A DNA stretch of 64,000 nt from Eubacteriales bacterium (GCA_045127455.1 JBGVQK010000086.1:488-64487), one strand, 5' to 3'. Positions 8,337 to 17,749 are shown, counted from the first letter of the stretch. A program made the numbers and translations. Notes: generated by a model from the sequence alone, not told the origin.

Positions 8337-9488
8337 TTGAATAAAAAGCATAAGTTTGTGATAACTGTCATTCGACCTATCGGCTTTCTGTTTGCCAAAA
8401 TAAAATTCAATTTCAAATTCAAAAAAGCCAAAAAAGAGGAGTTGCCGCAGAACTATATCGTTCTTTCCAATCACGTTACCGACTACGACCCTATTTTGGT
8501 AGGTCTTAGTTTTCCTCATCAAATGTATTTTGTGGCCAGTGAGCACATCACGCGTTGGGGATGGATCTATAAAGTCATTCGATTTTTGGTCGAGCCCATT
8601 ATTCGCTACAAGGCGACGGTTGCCGCCTCGACCGTTATGGATATTTTGCGCAAGGTGCGCAAGGGTAACAACGTTTGCATTTTTGCCGAGGGAGTTCGCA
8701 CGTGGGATGGCGTGACAGCCCCCGTTGTTCCCGCAACCGCACAGCTTGTTAAGTCTGCTCGTTGTGGACTTGTTACCTACCGCATTGAGGGTGGATATTT
8801 CGTCAGCCCCAACTGGGCATCCTCTGCTAACACGCGCAGAGGCCGTCTTTACGGCGCTCCCGTTGGCATTTACACCAAAGAAGACCTTTCTAAAATGAGT
8901 GTAGACGAAATTGATGAGATCATCAAGCGCGACCTGCATGAGGATGCCTATGCGCGCCAAAAGCTTGAAATGCGCCGCTATCGCTCGAAAAAGCGCGCTG
9001 AGGGAATGGAAAGCCTCATCTTCCTCTGCCCTAAATGCCGTGCACACGGCACGCTAACTTCTGCAAAGGATAAAGTGACCTGCTCTGCCTGCGGTGCTTC
9101 ATTCACATACGATGAATACGGCATGCTTGACGGCATTGATTACAAAACCGTTTATGAGTTGAACCAATGGCAACGCGGTGAGCTTGCAAAGGACGTTGCA
9201 AGCAACCTTCAATACACCGCTCCCGATGCTTCGCTCTACACCATCGAAGGGCACGAGCTCAAAGCGGTTTGTGAGGGTGATGCTCACATTACCCCAGAAG
9301 CCATTACCATTGCCGACGTCACCATTCCTCTCTCCACCATTTCGGATATGGGGATTCACGGGCGCAGAACCTTGATCTTCTCCACTACGGACAACTATTA
9401 TGAATTGAAGGTTCCCAAGGGAAAGAATATTATAAAGTTTTTGTATTACCGCGAGCTTGTAAAGGCAAGAGCGGAAGAAAAGGTATAA
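8337..9488 (+). CDS. lysophospholipid (1-acyl-glycerol-3-phosphate) acyltransferase-family protein with a C-terminal zinc-ribbon region
   Basis: NHVTDYD and FAEGVRT acyltransferase motifs, plus CPKCRAHG...CSACGASF. The start is taken as TTG 8337 after AAAGGAGGTG. ATG 8301 is the alternative but lies at the predicted transcription start. Confidence 0.7.
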   Translation: MNKKHKFVITVIRPIGFLFAKIKFNFKFKKAKKEELPQNYIVLSNHVTDYDPILVGLSFPHQMYFVASEHITRWGWIYKVIRFLVEPIIRYKATVAASTVMDILRKVRKGNNVCIFAEGVRTWDGVTAPVVPATAQLVKSARCGLVTYRIEGGYFVSPNWASSANTRRGRLYGAPVGIYTKEDLSKMSVDEIDEIIKRDLHEDAYARQKLEMRRYRSKKRAEGMESLIFLCPKCRAHGTLTSAKDKVTCSACGASFTYDEYGMLDGIDYKTVYELNQWQRGELAKDVASNLQYTAPDASLYTIEGHELKAVCEGDAHITPEAITIADVTIPLSTISDMGIHGRRTLIFSTTDNYYELKVPKGKNIIKFLYYRELVKARAEEKV

Positions 9489-9712
9489 AAAGAAAGGGTC
9501 TGTCACATTTGGCAAGACCGAAAAAGTCAAAAAAAGAACAAAGAAGCGCATTTTCAATAAAAATCAGTAAATGAGACAGTAATATGTTGAATTTCTTTGA
9601 AATTCTTCCAATTAAATTGACTTTTTCTACCGCCGTTTTCGAGGCTCGACGTACATTTGTACGCCCTTCGCCTCGAAGAACGACGCTTCTTGCCTAAATC
9701 TGACTATCCCCT

Positions 9713-9756
9713 AAAAGAGGCTGTCTCAAATTCGTATTTGAGACAGCCTCTTTTTT
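9713..9756. terminator. bidirectional terminator
   Basis: 18-bp stem aaaagaggctgtctcaaa / tttgagacagcctctttt with loop ttcgta and a T-run, lying between convergent genes. Confidence 0.8.
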
Positions 9757-9761
9757 ATGTG

Positions 9762-10298
9762 TCAGCCAAATATGCACAAAAGCAGCGCAAAAACAGTAAA
9801 AACGATACACCAAACAATATACCATTTATAGTTTTCAAATTTGAATTTTGCATTTTTGCATCTTTTATTGATCTCCACAATCATAAAGAATGATGGATTG
9901 CTGATCTCTACCCCTTGACTGTAATCACCACTGTACAGGCTCAACGAGCAAGGTCTGCCTGCGGTTTTACCAATTGATCCGTGTTCAAAGATAACAAACT
10001 TAACGTCCTCAAGCTTCATACTTTGTGTCATGATCTTCTTGCCCCTAAGGGTTATCGTATCCTCATCAATAAATACTTTGTGCTTTGTGAATATGGATAT
10101 CAGAAAGTGAAAAACATTTCCAAATACGACGTAAAACAATATGATAGCAAGGTACATTGGGAAAATGTAGAGAACACCTTCCGCTTCATCCGGATTTAAA
10201 AGTAGCCACATCAAAAAAATTCCCGGAAAGAAAGACAAAAACAGATTGCAAAGCTGAAACATGGGTGTAAACAAATAATTGGATTTGTATCTTTTCAT
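9762..10298 (-). CDS. hypothetical membrane protein (AT-rich orphan)
   Basis: RBS GGGAGACTTGC before the ATG. Hydrophobic N- and C-terminal segments. No recognised family. Confidence 0.6.
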   Translation of the reverse strand: MKRYKSNYLFTPMFQLCNLFLSFFPGIFLMWLLLNPDEAEGVLYIFPMYLAIILFYVVFGNVFHFLISIFTKHKVFIDEDTITLRGKKIMTQSMKLEDVKFVIFEHGSIGKTAGRPCSLSLYSGDYSQGVEISNPSFFMIVEINKRCKNAKFKFENYKWYIVWCIVFTVFALLLCIFG

Positions 10299-10319
10299 GC
10301 AAGTCTCCCTTTCGTTGTT

Positions 10320-11330
10320 TTATTCTTGCCCCTCAAAAACATCAGCAAGCCCTGCGGTTGTGGTAACGTTGCCGCCTTGATCAATAAAAACGGCTTCAAA
10401 ATCATAAATTTTGCTCTCATAAAAGGCGCGGGCATTCTCCTCCCCCATGACAAAAAGGGCTGTGGAGAGTGCGTCGGCAAGGGCTCCGTCGGAGCAAATG
10501 ACCGCTACCGAACAAAGTCCGCTCACGGCGGGATATCCTGTCTCGGGGTTGAGAATGTGGTGGTATTTTTCACCGTTTACGGTATAGTAACGCTCATAAT
10601 CTCCCGAAACCGAGAGGATCTGACCTGCTTTCAGGTTTAGGACACCTGCATATCCGATCTCTGCTTTTGGGTTTTTGAGCGCAATGCGGAAGGGGTTTCC
10701 GTTGGGCTTCTCTCCAAACACCGCAACGTTACTACCAAAGCTGACAAGGCCACCGCGTACACCATCGTAGCTTTCAAGATAAGAGATAAGCGCAGAGATT
10801 GCCGCGCCCTTGCCAATACCGCCAAGGTCGATCTGCACGCCTTTTTCAATTTTGGCAAGGGTGTTATCTTTCAAATTCAGGTGGCTTGTGCCAACCAATG
10901 TAAGAGCGGCTTGCAGCTCCTGCTCGGTGGGGAGAGTTCCCCTCTCTTTGCTCGCTTGCCAAAGATTGACCAGAGGCGCAACGGTGACGTCAAATGCACC
11001 GTTTGTTTTTTGGGTAACGTCCATTGCTTTTTCAATAAGAGTAGCCGTGCGAGGGTCGAGTTCGATAGAATTTTGGGCAACATTGAAGCGTCCAACGTCG
11101 CTATTCTCCTTGGTGCGTGACCAAAGATCGTCAAGCTCGGAGAGGATGATGCGACATTCGGCAAAGATTGCCTCTGCCGTTTTTTTGTCGGTATAAAGGG
11201 TCACGGTGATGGGTGTGTCCATCAAAAAGAAGCTTTTCTCTTGCCGTTCTTGCCTTTGGCAGGATGCGAATGGAAGCAAAAAAGTGAGGCAAAGAAGAAT
11301 ACAGAGGGCGCTCAAAATGATTTTTTTCAT
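10320..11330 (-). CDS. apbE: FAD:protein FMN transferase (ApbE family) lipoprotein
   Basis: Lipobox LPFASC. FLMDT, DLGGIGKGAA and HHILNPETGYP are ApbE hallmarks. Confidence 0.88.
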   Translation of the reverse strand: MKKIILSALCILLCLTFLLPFASCQRQERQEKSFFLMDTPITVTLYTDKKTAEAIFAECRIILSELDDLWSRTKENSDVGRFNVAQNSIELDPRTATLIEKAMDVTQKTNGAFDVTVAPLVNLWQASKERGTLPTEQELQAALTLVGTSHLNLKDNTLAKIEKGVQIDLGGIGKGAAISALISYLESYDGVRGGLVSFGSNVAVFGEKPNGNPFRIALKNPKAEIGYAGVLNLKAGQILSVSGDYERYYTVNGEKYHHILNPETGYPAVSGLCSVAVICSDGALADALSTALFVMGEENARAFYESKIYDFEAVFIDQGGNVTTTAGLADVFEGQE

Positions 11331-11866
11331 TTTCCTCTCCCCCTTTCAATTGCTTTTTGCAGGCGCGGGAGCAAGAGGTTGAGCAAGATGCCCACAATGC
11401 CACCGTAAATGACCGACGCGATAAGAAGTGCGGGCAGATAGGTGGTGATGAGCGCGGCATCAAAAAGCGTGACCGCTGCGATGACCTGCCCCGTGTTGTG
11501 CGCCGCCGCACAAAGAATGGAAACGCCAACGAGGCTACATTTTTTGCAAAGGTATTTGGCAAGCATTAAAACGGCAAAGGAGAAAAGTCCGCCCATTGCC
11601 GAAAAATAAAGCGAGGTTGGCGAGCCGAACAAAAGCCCCATTAAAAGAATGCGGACAGACATAACGGCAAGCGCATCAATGGGAGTAAAGAGGCAAAATA
11701 CTGCCACAACCGCCACGTTGGCAAGCCCCAAGCGGAAGCCCGGGAGCGGTACAAGAAGATTGAGCGGCAGAATGACCTCGAGGTAAGAAAGCATCATAGC
11801 CAGCACGCAAAGCATAGCGTCCATACTGATGCGACGGATCAGATTAGCCCGCGACGAAGTCGACAT
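11327..11866 (-). CDS. Gx transporter family membrane protein (heptaprenyl diphosphate synthase component I-like)
   Basis: Polytopic, with LEVILPLNLLVPLPGFRLGLANVAVV. Start ATG 11866 follows GGGAGGTGAGGGCG. 4-nt overlap with apbE. Confidence 0.7.
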   Translation of the reverse strand: MSTSSRANLIRRISMDAMLCVLAMMLSYLEVILPLNLLVPLPGFRLGLANVAVVAVFCLFTPIDALAVMSVRILLMGLLFGSPTSLYFSAMGGLFSFAVLMLAKYLCKKCSLVGVSILCAAAHNTGQVIAAVTLFDAALITTYLPALLIASVIYGGIVGILLNLLLPRLQKAIERGRGK

Positions 11867-12215
11867 CGCCCTCACCTCCCTTCACCGTGATACTCACACC
11901 TGCGGGAGCGCAAATAATGGTCTCGCCCGTTTTGGAGATGGGCGCGCTTGCAACACATACGCCATCGGGGCAATGACTTTTGTAAACGTCAACTTCCCCG
12001 TTCATAATAGAAACAAAAAGCGTTATGCCGCGCGATTCGATCTCGACTACGGTATTTTCGGAGAGCGCATATTCAAAGGTTTCGTCGGGGGTGACGATCA
12101 CTACCGTTTCGCCCGCTTGACTTCTCTGCCACGGATGCCAAATGAGAAGCGCGGCAACCAGTAAAACAGCAACTGCCGCTATCACGTCGCCAAAACCGAA
12201 TTTTGTACGGAACAT
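11844..12215 (-). CDS. NusG domain II-containing protein (membrane anchored)
   Basis: One TM followed by VVIVTPDETFEYALSENTVVEIESRGITLFVSIMNGEVDVYKSHCPDGVC, typical of the NusG_II family found with Gx transporter/ApbE. Confidence 0.7.
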   Translation of the reverse strand: MFRTKFGFGDVIAAVAVLLVAALLIWHPWQRSQAGETVVIVTPDETFEYALSENTVVEIESRGITLFVSIMNGEVDVYKSHCPDGVCVASAPISKTGETIICAPAGVSITVKGGEGDVDFVAG

Positions 12216-12305
12216 ATCAGCTCTCCTTTCTTTTTCAAATTCTATAAATTATTATAACAGAAAACCCGTTGCTTTGCAAGTGGATTTTTGATTTTATAGC
12301 AAAAT

Positions 12306-12328
12306 GCCCCCGCGCATAGCGCGGGGGC
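12306..12328 (-). terminator. terminator after the ABC ATPase gene
   Basis: 10-bp GC stem gcccccgcgc-ata-gcgcgggggc 17 nt beyond the stop at 12345. Short U-run on the minus strand. Confidence 0.6.
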
Positions 12329-12344
12329 TCTGTTTGCTTGTTGA

Positions 12345-13469
12345 TTAAACGAGCAGGTTCTTTTGGGTTTCGGGATCGAAGAAATGCATTACCTTACCCT
12401 CAAAGGTTACGTAAATGGTGTTGCCATATACGAGAGCCTTGCGCTCTTCATCATCGAGAGATACGGTGGGAATGCGAACGATCAGTCTGTCGCCGTTTTC
12501 TTCAACCACGTGCAGGTGCAGCTCACTACCCATCATTTCGTTTACAACGATCTTGCAAGGAATTGCACCGGGGTTGTTTGCGTTGCTCAGAGTGAAGTGC
12601 TCGGGACGTACGCCGAGAATGACCTCGCCGCCTGCAACGCCCTTTGCCTTGAGCATTTCTGCCTTCTTGCCGGTAACGGCAATCTTTGCGCCGTAAGGTG
12701 TTACGTAGTAGTTGCCACCCTCGCAAACCAGGTTGGTCTTAAAGGTGTTCATTTTAGGAGCACCGATAAACTCTGCAACAAAGAGGTTGATAGGCATATC
12801 GAATACTTCGGTAGGTGTGCCAACCTGTTGAATGAAGCCGTCCTTCATAATAACGATACGGTCACCAAGGGTCATAGCCTCGGTTTGGTCGTGTGTTACG
12901 TAAATAAAGGTGGTGTCGATCTTTTGACGGAGCAGAATGATCTCAGCTCTCATCTGGTTTCTCAGCTTTGCATCGAGGTTCGAGAGCGGTTCGTCCATAA
13001 GGAATACCTTGCTATCACGAACCATTGCACGACCGATTGCAACACGCTGTCTCTGACCGCCGGAAAGTGCACGGGGCTTACGGGTAAGATACTCGGTAAT
13101 ACCCAGAATTTCAGCAGCCTTGGTTACTTTTTCATAAACCTCTTCCTGAGGAGCCTTTTTGAGACGAAGGCTGAATGCCATGTTCTCAAACACGGTCAGG
13201 TGAGGATAGAGTGCATAGTTTTGGAATACCATTGCGATGTTACGGTCACGAGGTTGCAGATCGTTTACAACCACGCCGTCGATTTCAATGGTACCGCCAC
13301 TGATGTCCTCAAGACCTGCGATCATACGCAGAGTGGTGGATTTACCGCAGCCCGAAGGGCCTACGAATACGATAAATTCCTTATCGGCAATATCAAGGTT
13401 GAAGTTGTCAACCGCTACTGTGTCCTTGCCGTAGACTTTCTTTACGTTTGTTAACTTTAATGTAGCCAT
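12345..13469 (-). CDS. sugar ABC transporter ATP-binding protein (MalK/MsmK/UgpC type)
   Basis: Walker A GPSGCGKST, LSGGQRQRVAIGRA, FLMDEPLSNLD, and a C-terminal regulatory (TOBE-like) domain. Confidence 0.92.
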   Translation of the reverse strand: MATLKLTNVKKVYGKDTVAVDNFNLDIADKEFIVFVGPSGCGKSTTLRMIAGLEDISGGTIEIDGVVVNDLQPRDRNIAMVFQNYALYPHLTVFENMAFSLRLKKAPQEEVYEKVTKAAEILGITEYLTRKPRALSGGQRQRVAIGRAMVRDSKVFLMDEPLSNLDAKLRNQMRAEIILLRQKIDTTFIYVTHDQTEAMTLGDRIVIMKDGFIQQVGTPTEVFDMPINLFVAEFIGAPKMNTFKTNLVCEGGNYYVTPYGAKIAVTGKKAEMLKAKGVAGGEVILGVRPEHFTLSNANNPGAIPCKIVVNEMMGSELHLHVVEENGDRLIVRIPTVSLDDEERKALVYGNTIYVTFEGKVMHFFDPETQKNLLV

Positions 13470-13481
13470 AATATTCTCCCC

Positions 13482-14369
13482 TTATCCTTTAACTGCGCCG
13501 CCGGTAACACCCTCAACGTAGTACTTCTGCAAAAGCAGGAATACCGTTACAACAGGAATTGCTACAATTACGCCCGCGGCACAAAACATCGTATAGTGTG
13601 TGTTCAAATTTGTTTTTGAGAGCCACTCGTACATACCCACGGCAACGTTCATAGCCTGGCTGTTTTCGTGAATAATGTAGCTTGCAAGCATAAAGTCACC
13701 CCAAGGTGCCATAAAGCCCATCAGGATGGTGTAAATGATGATAGGCTTGGACAGAGGCATGATGACCTTGTAGAACACCTGCCAACGCGTAGCGCCGTCC
13801 ACTCTTGCCGCCTCGTCAAGGCTCTTTGGAATGGTATCAAAGAAGCCCTTGGAAACGTAGTAGCCCATACCACTGCTTGCACAGTATACGATGATAAGCC
13901 CGAGGGGGGCCATTTCTTTAATCAATCCAAAATCTGCGAATACCTTGTAGATCAGGATCATGGTGAGGAATCCCGGGAACATTCCCAAGATCAGCATAGA
14001 GTTCATTAAAAACTTTCTGCCCTTGAAGCGCAAACGGGAGAGCGTGTAGCTCATCGTAAGCACGAAGAAGGTTTGCAGGAATGCGGTTGCAATGCCCATA
14101 ATTGCTGTGTTCTTGAACCAAAGCAAGAAGTCGGTCTCTTTAAAGAGACGGATGTAATGGTCAAAGCCAAATTGCTTCGGGAACAAATAGCCGGTCTGCA
14201 TTTTGGTCTCTGCCTTAAAGGACTCAAGCACGATGCCTACAAACGGGAACAGCCAAACAACAGTCATAACCACGAGAACGATGTAAATGATCGTGTTGCT
14301 GATGCGTCTGCTTGCCTTTGCGCCCATGCTCTTGCGTTGCAGCTTTTTCATATCATTGTTCTTCATCAC
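13482..14369 (-). CDS. carbohydrate ABC transporter permease (MalG-like)
   Basis: EAA loop LDEAARVDGATRWQVFYKVIMP; six hydrophobic segments. Confidence 0.88.
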   Translation of the reverse strand: MMKNNDMKKLQRKSMGAKASRRISNTIIYIVLVVMTVVWLFPFVGIVLESFKAETKMQTGYLFPKQFGFDHYIRLFKETDFLLWFKNTAIMGIATAFLQTFFVLTMSYTLSRLRFKGRKFLMNSMLILGMFPGFLTMILIYKVFADFGLIKEMAPLGLIIVYCASSGMGYYVSKGFFDTIPKSLDEAARVDGATRWQVFYKVIMPLSKPIIIYTILMGFMAPWGDFMLASYIIHENSQAMNVAVGMYEWLSKTNLNTHYTMFCAAGVIVAIPVVTVFLLLQKYYVEGVTGGAVKG

Positions 14370-15940
14370 TTATAATCCTCCTCGTTTTTAGTAGACGGAA
14401 TGACGTTATAAACGATCAAGGACAAGATCGCAACAACCAAGAATACCAAAATACCTACGATAGACGCCATATAGTACTTGGATTCGGTACTGCCAAGCGT
14501 CATCTTGAACAACCACGTTACAAGCAAGTCGGTGTGACCTACCGATGCACCACCGGGAGTACCGAGTTCGGTATTGAGCGGGTTACCGCCGGTGAGAAGA
14601 TAGATAACGTTAAAGTTGTTCAGGTTGCCTACAAAGTTGGTCAACAGGTAAGGACCCGTGACGAACAGCATATAAGGCAGTGTGATCTTTGTAAACTGCT
14701 GAACCGAGCTTGCACCGTCAATGCGTGCGGACTCGTAAAGATCGTTGGGGATGTTCATCAAAATACCCGTAGCCATGAGCATGATGTAAGGAATACCGAT
14801 CCAGATATTGATCACGATCAAGAGGATCTTTGCAACAACGGGAGAATCCCACAGAGATACAAAATTATTGTCAACGCGCCAATCGTGAATGAACGGGATC
14901 TGCTCCAAAATGGAACCGATAATACCCGAGGTATCAAAGAGCTTGGAAACGTAAAGCAGGGATACAAACTGCGGAATTGCAATGGTCATAACCAAAACAG
15001 TTCTCCAGAACTTTTTGATCTTAATGCCCTTTTTGTTGATCATAATTGCAACGAACATACCAAGGAAGTAGTTGGAAAAGGTTGCAAAGAAGGACCACAT
15101 CAAGGTCCACGCAAGGATCTCACCAAAAGCAAGACCCATACCGCCCTTTCCAAAGTCGAAGAGCTCGTTGAAGTGTTCAAGTCCTACCCAGCTGAACAGG
15201 TTGGAGTAACCGTCGTTTGAAGCATCGTAGCTTGTGAAAGCAACGAGAACCATAAAAATGATAGGCAGAACAGTAAACGCAAGAATACCAACGATAGAAG
15301 GGGTGAGCAGCGTTTTGTGGAATTGGTCGTCCAAAAGAGATTTCAAGTCATCCTTGCCGCTCTTGATCTTTTTGCCCTTTGCGGTAATATCCATACAAAT
15401 GCGGCATTGCTTAACCTGCATTCTCCAGGTTGCAATAAAGGCAATGATGAAGATAAAGCTCAAGAGACCGTAAAGCATAACCTTTACAGAGTCATCACCG
15501 TCTACCCAATAGTCGGTATCGAGGATCTCGTTGTATTGGAAGCCGCCCTGAACCGTACCAACAGTTTCGCCTGTTTGGAACCAGTTACCCTTGCCGATCC
15601 AATAAATACCGCCGCTGGGAACAAGCATATAAACGATGAAAATGATCTCAAACAAAAGGAACAGAATTCCGCGTGCGATCTGTCCGTAATAGAAGTTACC
15701 AAAGCCAAAAATGAGGAACGAAAGCTTAACAGCCCAGTTACCTTTTGTAAAGGTGGTAATGATATCAACCACCTCGTTCTTAATTGCACGGCCGCAGGAT
15801 TTGAAGAATTCAAGAATGGAAATACCAATGCCCTTGAACCAAAGCGGAATTGCAAAGAAGAACATTTTCAGCTTATAAAGAAAAGCCTGAAATTTATTCA
15901 GCTTTAAATACTCTAAATCTGTTAATCTTTTCATAATCAA
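14366..15940 (-). CDS. carbohydrate ABC transporter permease (MalF/GanP-like, long N-terminal extension)
   Basis: EAA loop YESARIDGASSVQQFTKITLP. 4-nt overlap with the downstream permease. Confidence 0.88.
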   Translation of the reverse strand: MIMKRLTDLEYLKLNKFQAFLYKLKMFFFAIPLWFKGIGISILEFFKSCGRAIKNEVVDIITTFTKGNWAVKLSFLIFGFGNFYYGQIARGILFLLFEIIFIVYMLVPSGGIYWIGKGNWFQTGETVGTVQGGFQYNEILDTDYWVDGDDSVKVMLYGLLSFIFIIAFIATWRMQVKQCRICMDITAKGKKIKSGKDDLKSLLDDQFHKTLLTPSIVGILAFTVLPIIFMVLVAFTSYDASNDGYSNLFSWVGLEHFNELFDFGKGGMGLAFGEILAWTLMWSFFATFSNYFLGMFVAIMINKKGIKIKKFWRTVLVMTIAIPQFVSLLYVSKLFDTSGIIGSILEQIPFIHDWRVDNNFVSLWDSPVVAKILLIVINIWIGIPYIMLMATGILMNIPNDLYESARIDGASSVQQFTKITLPYMLFVTGPYLLTNFVGNLNNFNVIYLLTGGNPLNTELGTPGGASVGHTDLLVTWLFKMTLGSTESKYYMASIVGILVFLVVAILSLIVYNVIPSTKNEEDYK

Positions 15941-15974
15941 AATATAAAACGAGTTTATACTCCTTTTTGTATTG

Positions 15975-16077
15975 AAAAGGCATTGTTAGCCGACGTACAA
16001 AAGACAGCTGTCGTCCTTGCATATCGGCTAACAATGCCTTTTTTGTGAGAGTTGGGGGAGCCGTTGGCTCCCCCAAC
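15975..16077 (-). promoter_or_regulatory. two strong stem-loops between the binding-protein and permease genes (intra-operon attenuator or mRNA stabiliser)
   Basis: 19-bp stem aaaaggcattgttagccga / tcggctaacaatgcctttt (15975-16042, 30-nt loop containing the palindrome gacagctgtc). 12-bp stem gttgggggagcc / ggctcccccaac (16051-16077). Confidence 0.6.
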
Positions 16078-16107
16078 CTAGGGTTGTATGTTGTTTAATC
16101 GAGTAGA

Positions 16108-17670
16108 TTAGTTAGCAGGAATCAGGTTGATAACTGCAGTGGTATCCTCGTTGATTACGAGTTGGATGTAGTAGGTACCAGCTTCTGCTACCTTGTAGTT
16201 AGGCTTATTGCTGAGAGGAATGGACTTATCAGCGTTAGCGGTGTTGTCACCGTAAGCGGTCTTCCAGTCCATACCAAGACGAACCTTGAACTCTTCGCCA
16301 CCTGCAAAGGTGAAAGCTTCCTTGGTTGTCCAAGTGCCCTTAGGATCTTCCTTCATTTCGAAGTCGGTATCCCAGGTTGTGCCCTTAACAGCACCGATAA
16401 CGGTGTAGGATTTTCTTTGCTCGGGAGTAAGGCTTACAAACTTATCGCAAGCTGCCTTGTAGTCATCAAGACCCTTTTGGAGCTCTGCTTCGTTTGTTGC
16501 GTTCTTAGCTACTGCGCCAAGGAGCTTAGCGGTATCCCAGAATACGCCTGCAATGTTACCTTGAGCGGTTGCGTATGCGTTCTGCTTAGCAAGAGCTGCG
16601 AGAGAAGCGTTAGCTTGAACTGCATCAGATGCTTGAACTGCGAGGTTAGAGGGACCCCATTGGAAGGAGTCGAATCTTTGCTTTTGGCAAGCTTCGCCGG
16701 TGAGGTATTGAGCGAGGAGAGAAAGAACAGCGCCTCTCTTAGCGTCGGTTTGGGGCTTAACACCCATCAGCTTGTTACCGGAGTAAGAGCCGAGGTGGTA
16801 GGACTTGCCATCAACGGTGAAGGAAGGAAGATCGGTTACACCGAGGTTTTCGCCAAAGTGAGTGTCAGCTGCCTCTGCGTTCCAGATACCGGTAACGATA
16901 ACGCCTGCATCGGTGAAGATATCAGCGTTGGAATCGTATGCGGGGGACTTAGCGAGCTTTTCCATACCCTTCATTGCGATCAGACCGTTTGCAGATGCAA
17001 AGGTATCATCACAAGAAACGAATTCGCCGGCTTCGTTGGTAGTCCAGTTGGAGTGACAACCGGTTGCAAAGAAGAATGCAGCGGTGTACCAAGCGTTCTC
17101 GAGAGCGAAACGGAACTTCTTGCCGTTCTCTTCGCAAGCCTTAATGAGGTCTTCGAGACTCTCAGCCTCTTCAGCAGAGATGATGCTGGTGTCGTAGTAC
17201 ATGTAGTAGCCGTTATCGCTGGTCATAGGATAAGCATAGATGGTGCCGCCTACGGAAGCTGCGCCAACGGAACCCTTATCGTTGTTAGCGGTAATGGTAG
17301 CAGCAGCGTTCTTACCGGGAGCCAACAGAGCGGATGCTTGAACCAAGCGAGCGAGCTGGTCCTGTGCGAAGCAGTAAATGTCGGGAGCGGTTGCTACGTC
17401 TGCAATAACCTTGGAGCCTGCGTCAGCCTCGGTAACGCCTTCAATTTCAGCGTTGATGATGATGCCGGGGTTAGCAGCTTCAAATGCGTCGATCTGAGCC
17501 TTGAATTGGTCAGCAACGCCTTCTTTTTCGGAGACCCACATGGTAATGTTGTAAGTACCGCTGAGGTCTTCGCCATTGTTTTGTTCGGGGGTCTTGGGTG
17601 TGCAAGCTGCGAAGCAAGCTACGAGCATAAGAGCCGCCAGAACAAGAGCCAGAATTTTACTCATTTTCAT
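16108..17670 (-). CDS. ABC transporter substrate-binding lipoprotein (MalE/CycB-like) with an extra C-terminal beta-sandwich-like domain
   Basis: Lipobox LVACFAAC; RBS AGGAGG-N8-ATG. The SBP family 1 body is followed by about 100 aa: YTVIGAVKGTTWDTDFEMKEDPKGTWTTKEAFTFAGGEEFKVRLGMDWKTAYG. Confidence 0.85.
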   Translation of the reverse strand: MKMSKILALVLAALMLVACFAACTPKTPEQNNGEDLSGTYNITMWVSEKEGVADQFKAQIDAFEAANPGIIINAEIEGVTEADAGSKVIADVATAPDIYCFAQDQLARLVQASALLAPGKNAAATITANNDKGSVGAASVGGTIYAYPMTSDNGYYMYYDTSIISAEEAESLEDLIKACEENGKKFRFALENAWYTAAFFFATGCHSNWTTNEAGEFVSCDDTFASANGLIAMKGMEKLAKSPAYDSNADIFTDAGVIVTGIWNAEAADTHFGENLGVTDLPSFTVDGKSYHLGSYSGNKLMGVKPQTDAKRGAVLSLLAQYLTGEACQKQRFDSFQWGPSNLAVQASDAVQANASLAALAKQNAYATAQGNIAGVFWDTAKLLGAVAKNATNEAELQKGLDDYKAACDKFVSLTPEQRKSYTVIGAVKGTTWDTDFEMKEDPKGTWTTKEAFTFAGGEEFKVRLGMDWKTAYGDNTANADKSIPLSNKPNYKVAEAGTYYIQLVINEDTTAVINLIPAN

Positions 17671-17720
17671 AAGTAATGCCTCCTAAAAAAATTTTTTACT
17701 ACGCTTTTGCGTGCAGAAAT

Positions 17721-17749
17721 ATTATATCACTTTTGCACATATTTGTCAA
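17721..17749 (-). promoter_or_regulatory. sigma-A promoter of the ABC importer operon
   Basis: The minus strand reads TTGACA (17744-17749), 17 nt, TGaTATAAT (17721-17726). The palindrome acgcttttgcgt (17701-17712) sits just downstream. Confidence 0.7.

Noticed and set aside
8162-8431. 90-aa N-terminal extension of the spoIVA ORF
   Set aside because: SpoIVA homologues start at the MPEHSIY-equivalent position. A GGGAGG RBS precedes ATG 8161, and the extension overlaps the divergent promoter.
16162-17676. 504-aa plus-strand ORF (likewise 12363..13454, 19226..20572, 22550..23881, 57736..58674)
   Set aside because: All are codon-aligned mirrors of well-supported minus-strand genes.
17701-17712. 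acgcttttgcgt palindrome as a LacI-family operator of the ABC operon
   Set aside because: It has only 4-bp arms, it does not match the usual TGNAANCGNTTNCA-type consensus, and no LacI-type regulator is in the window.
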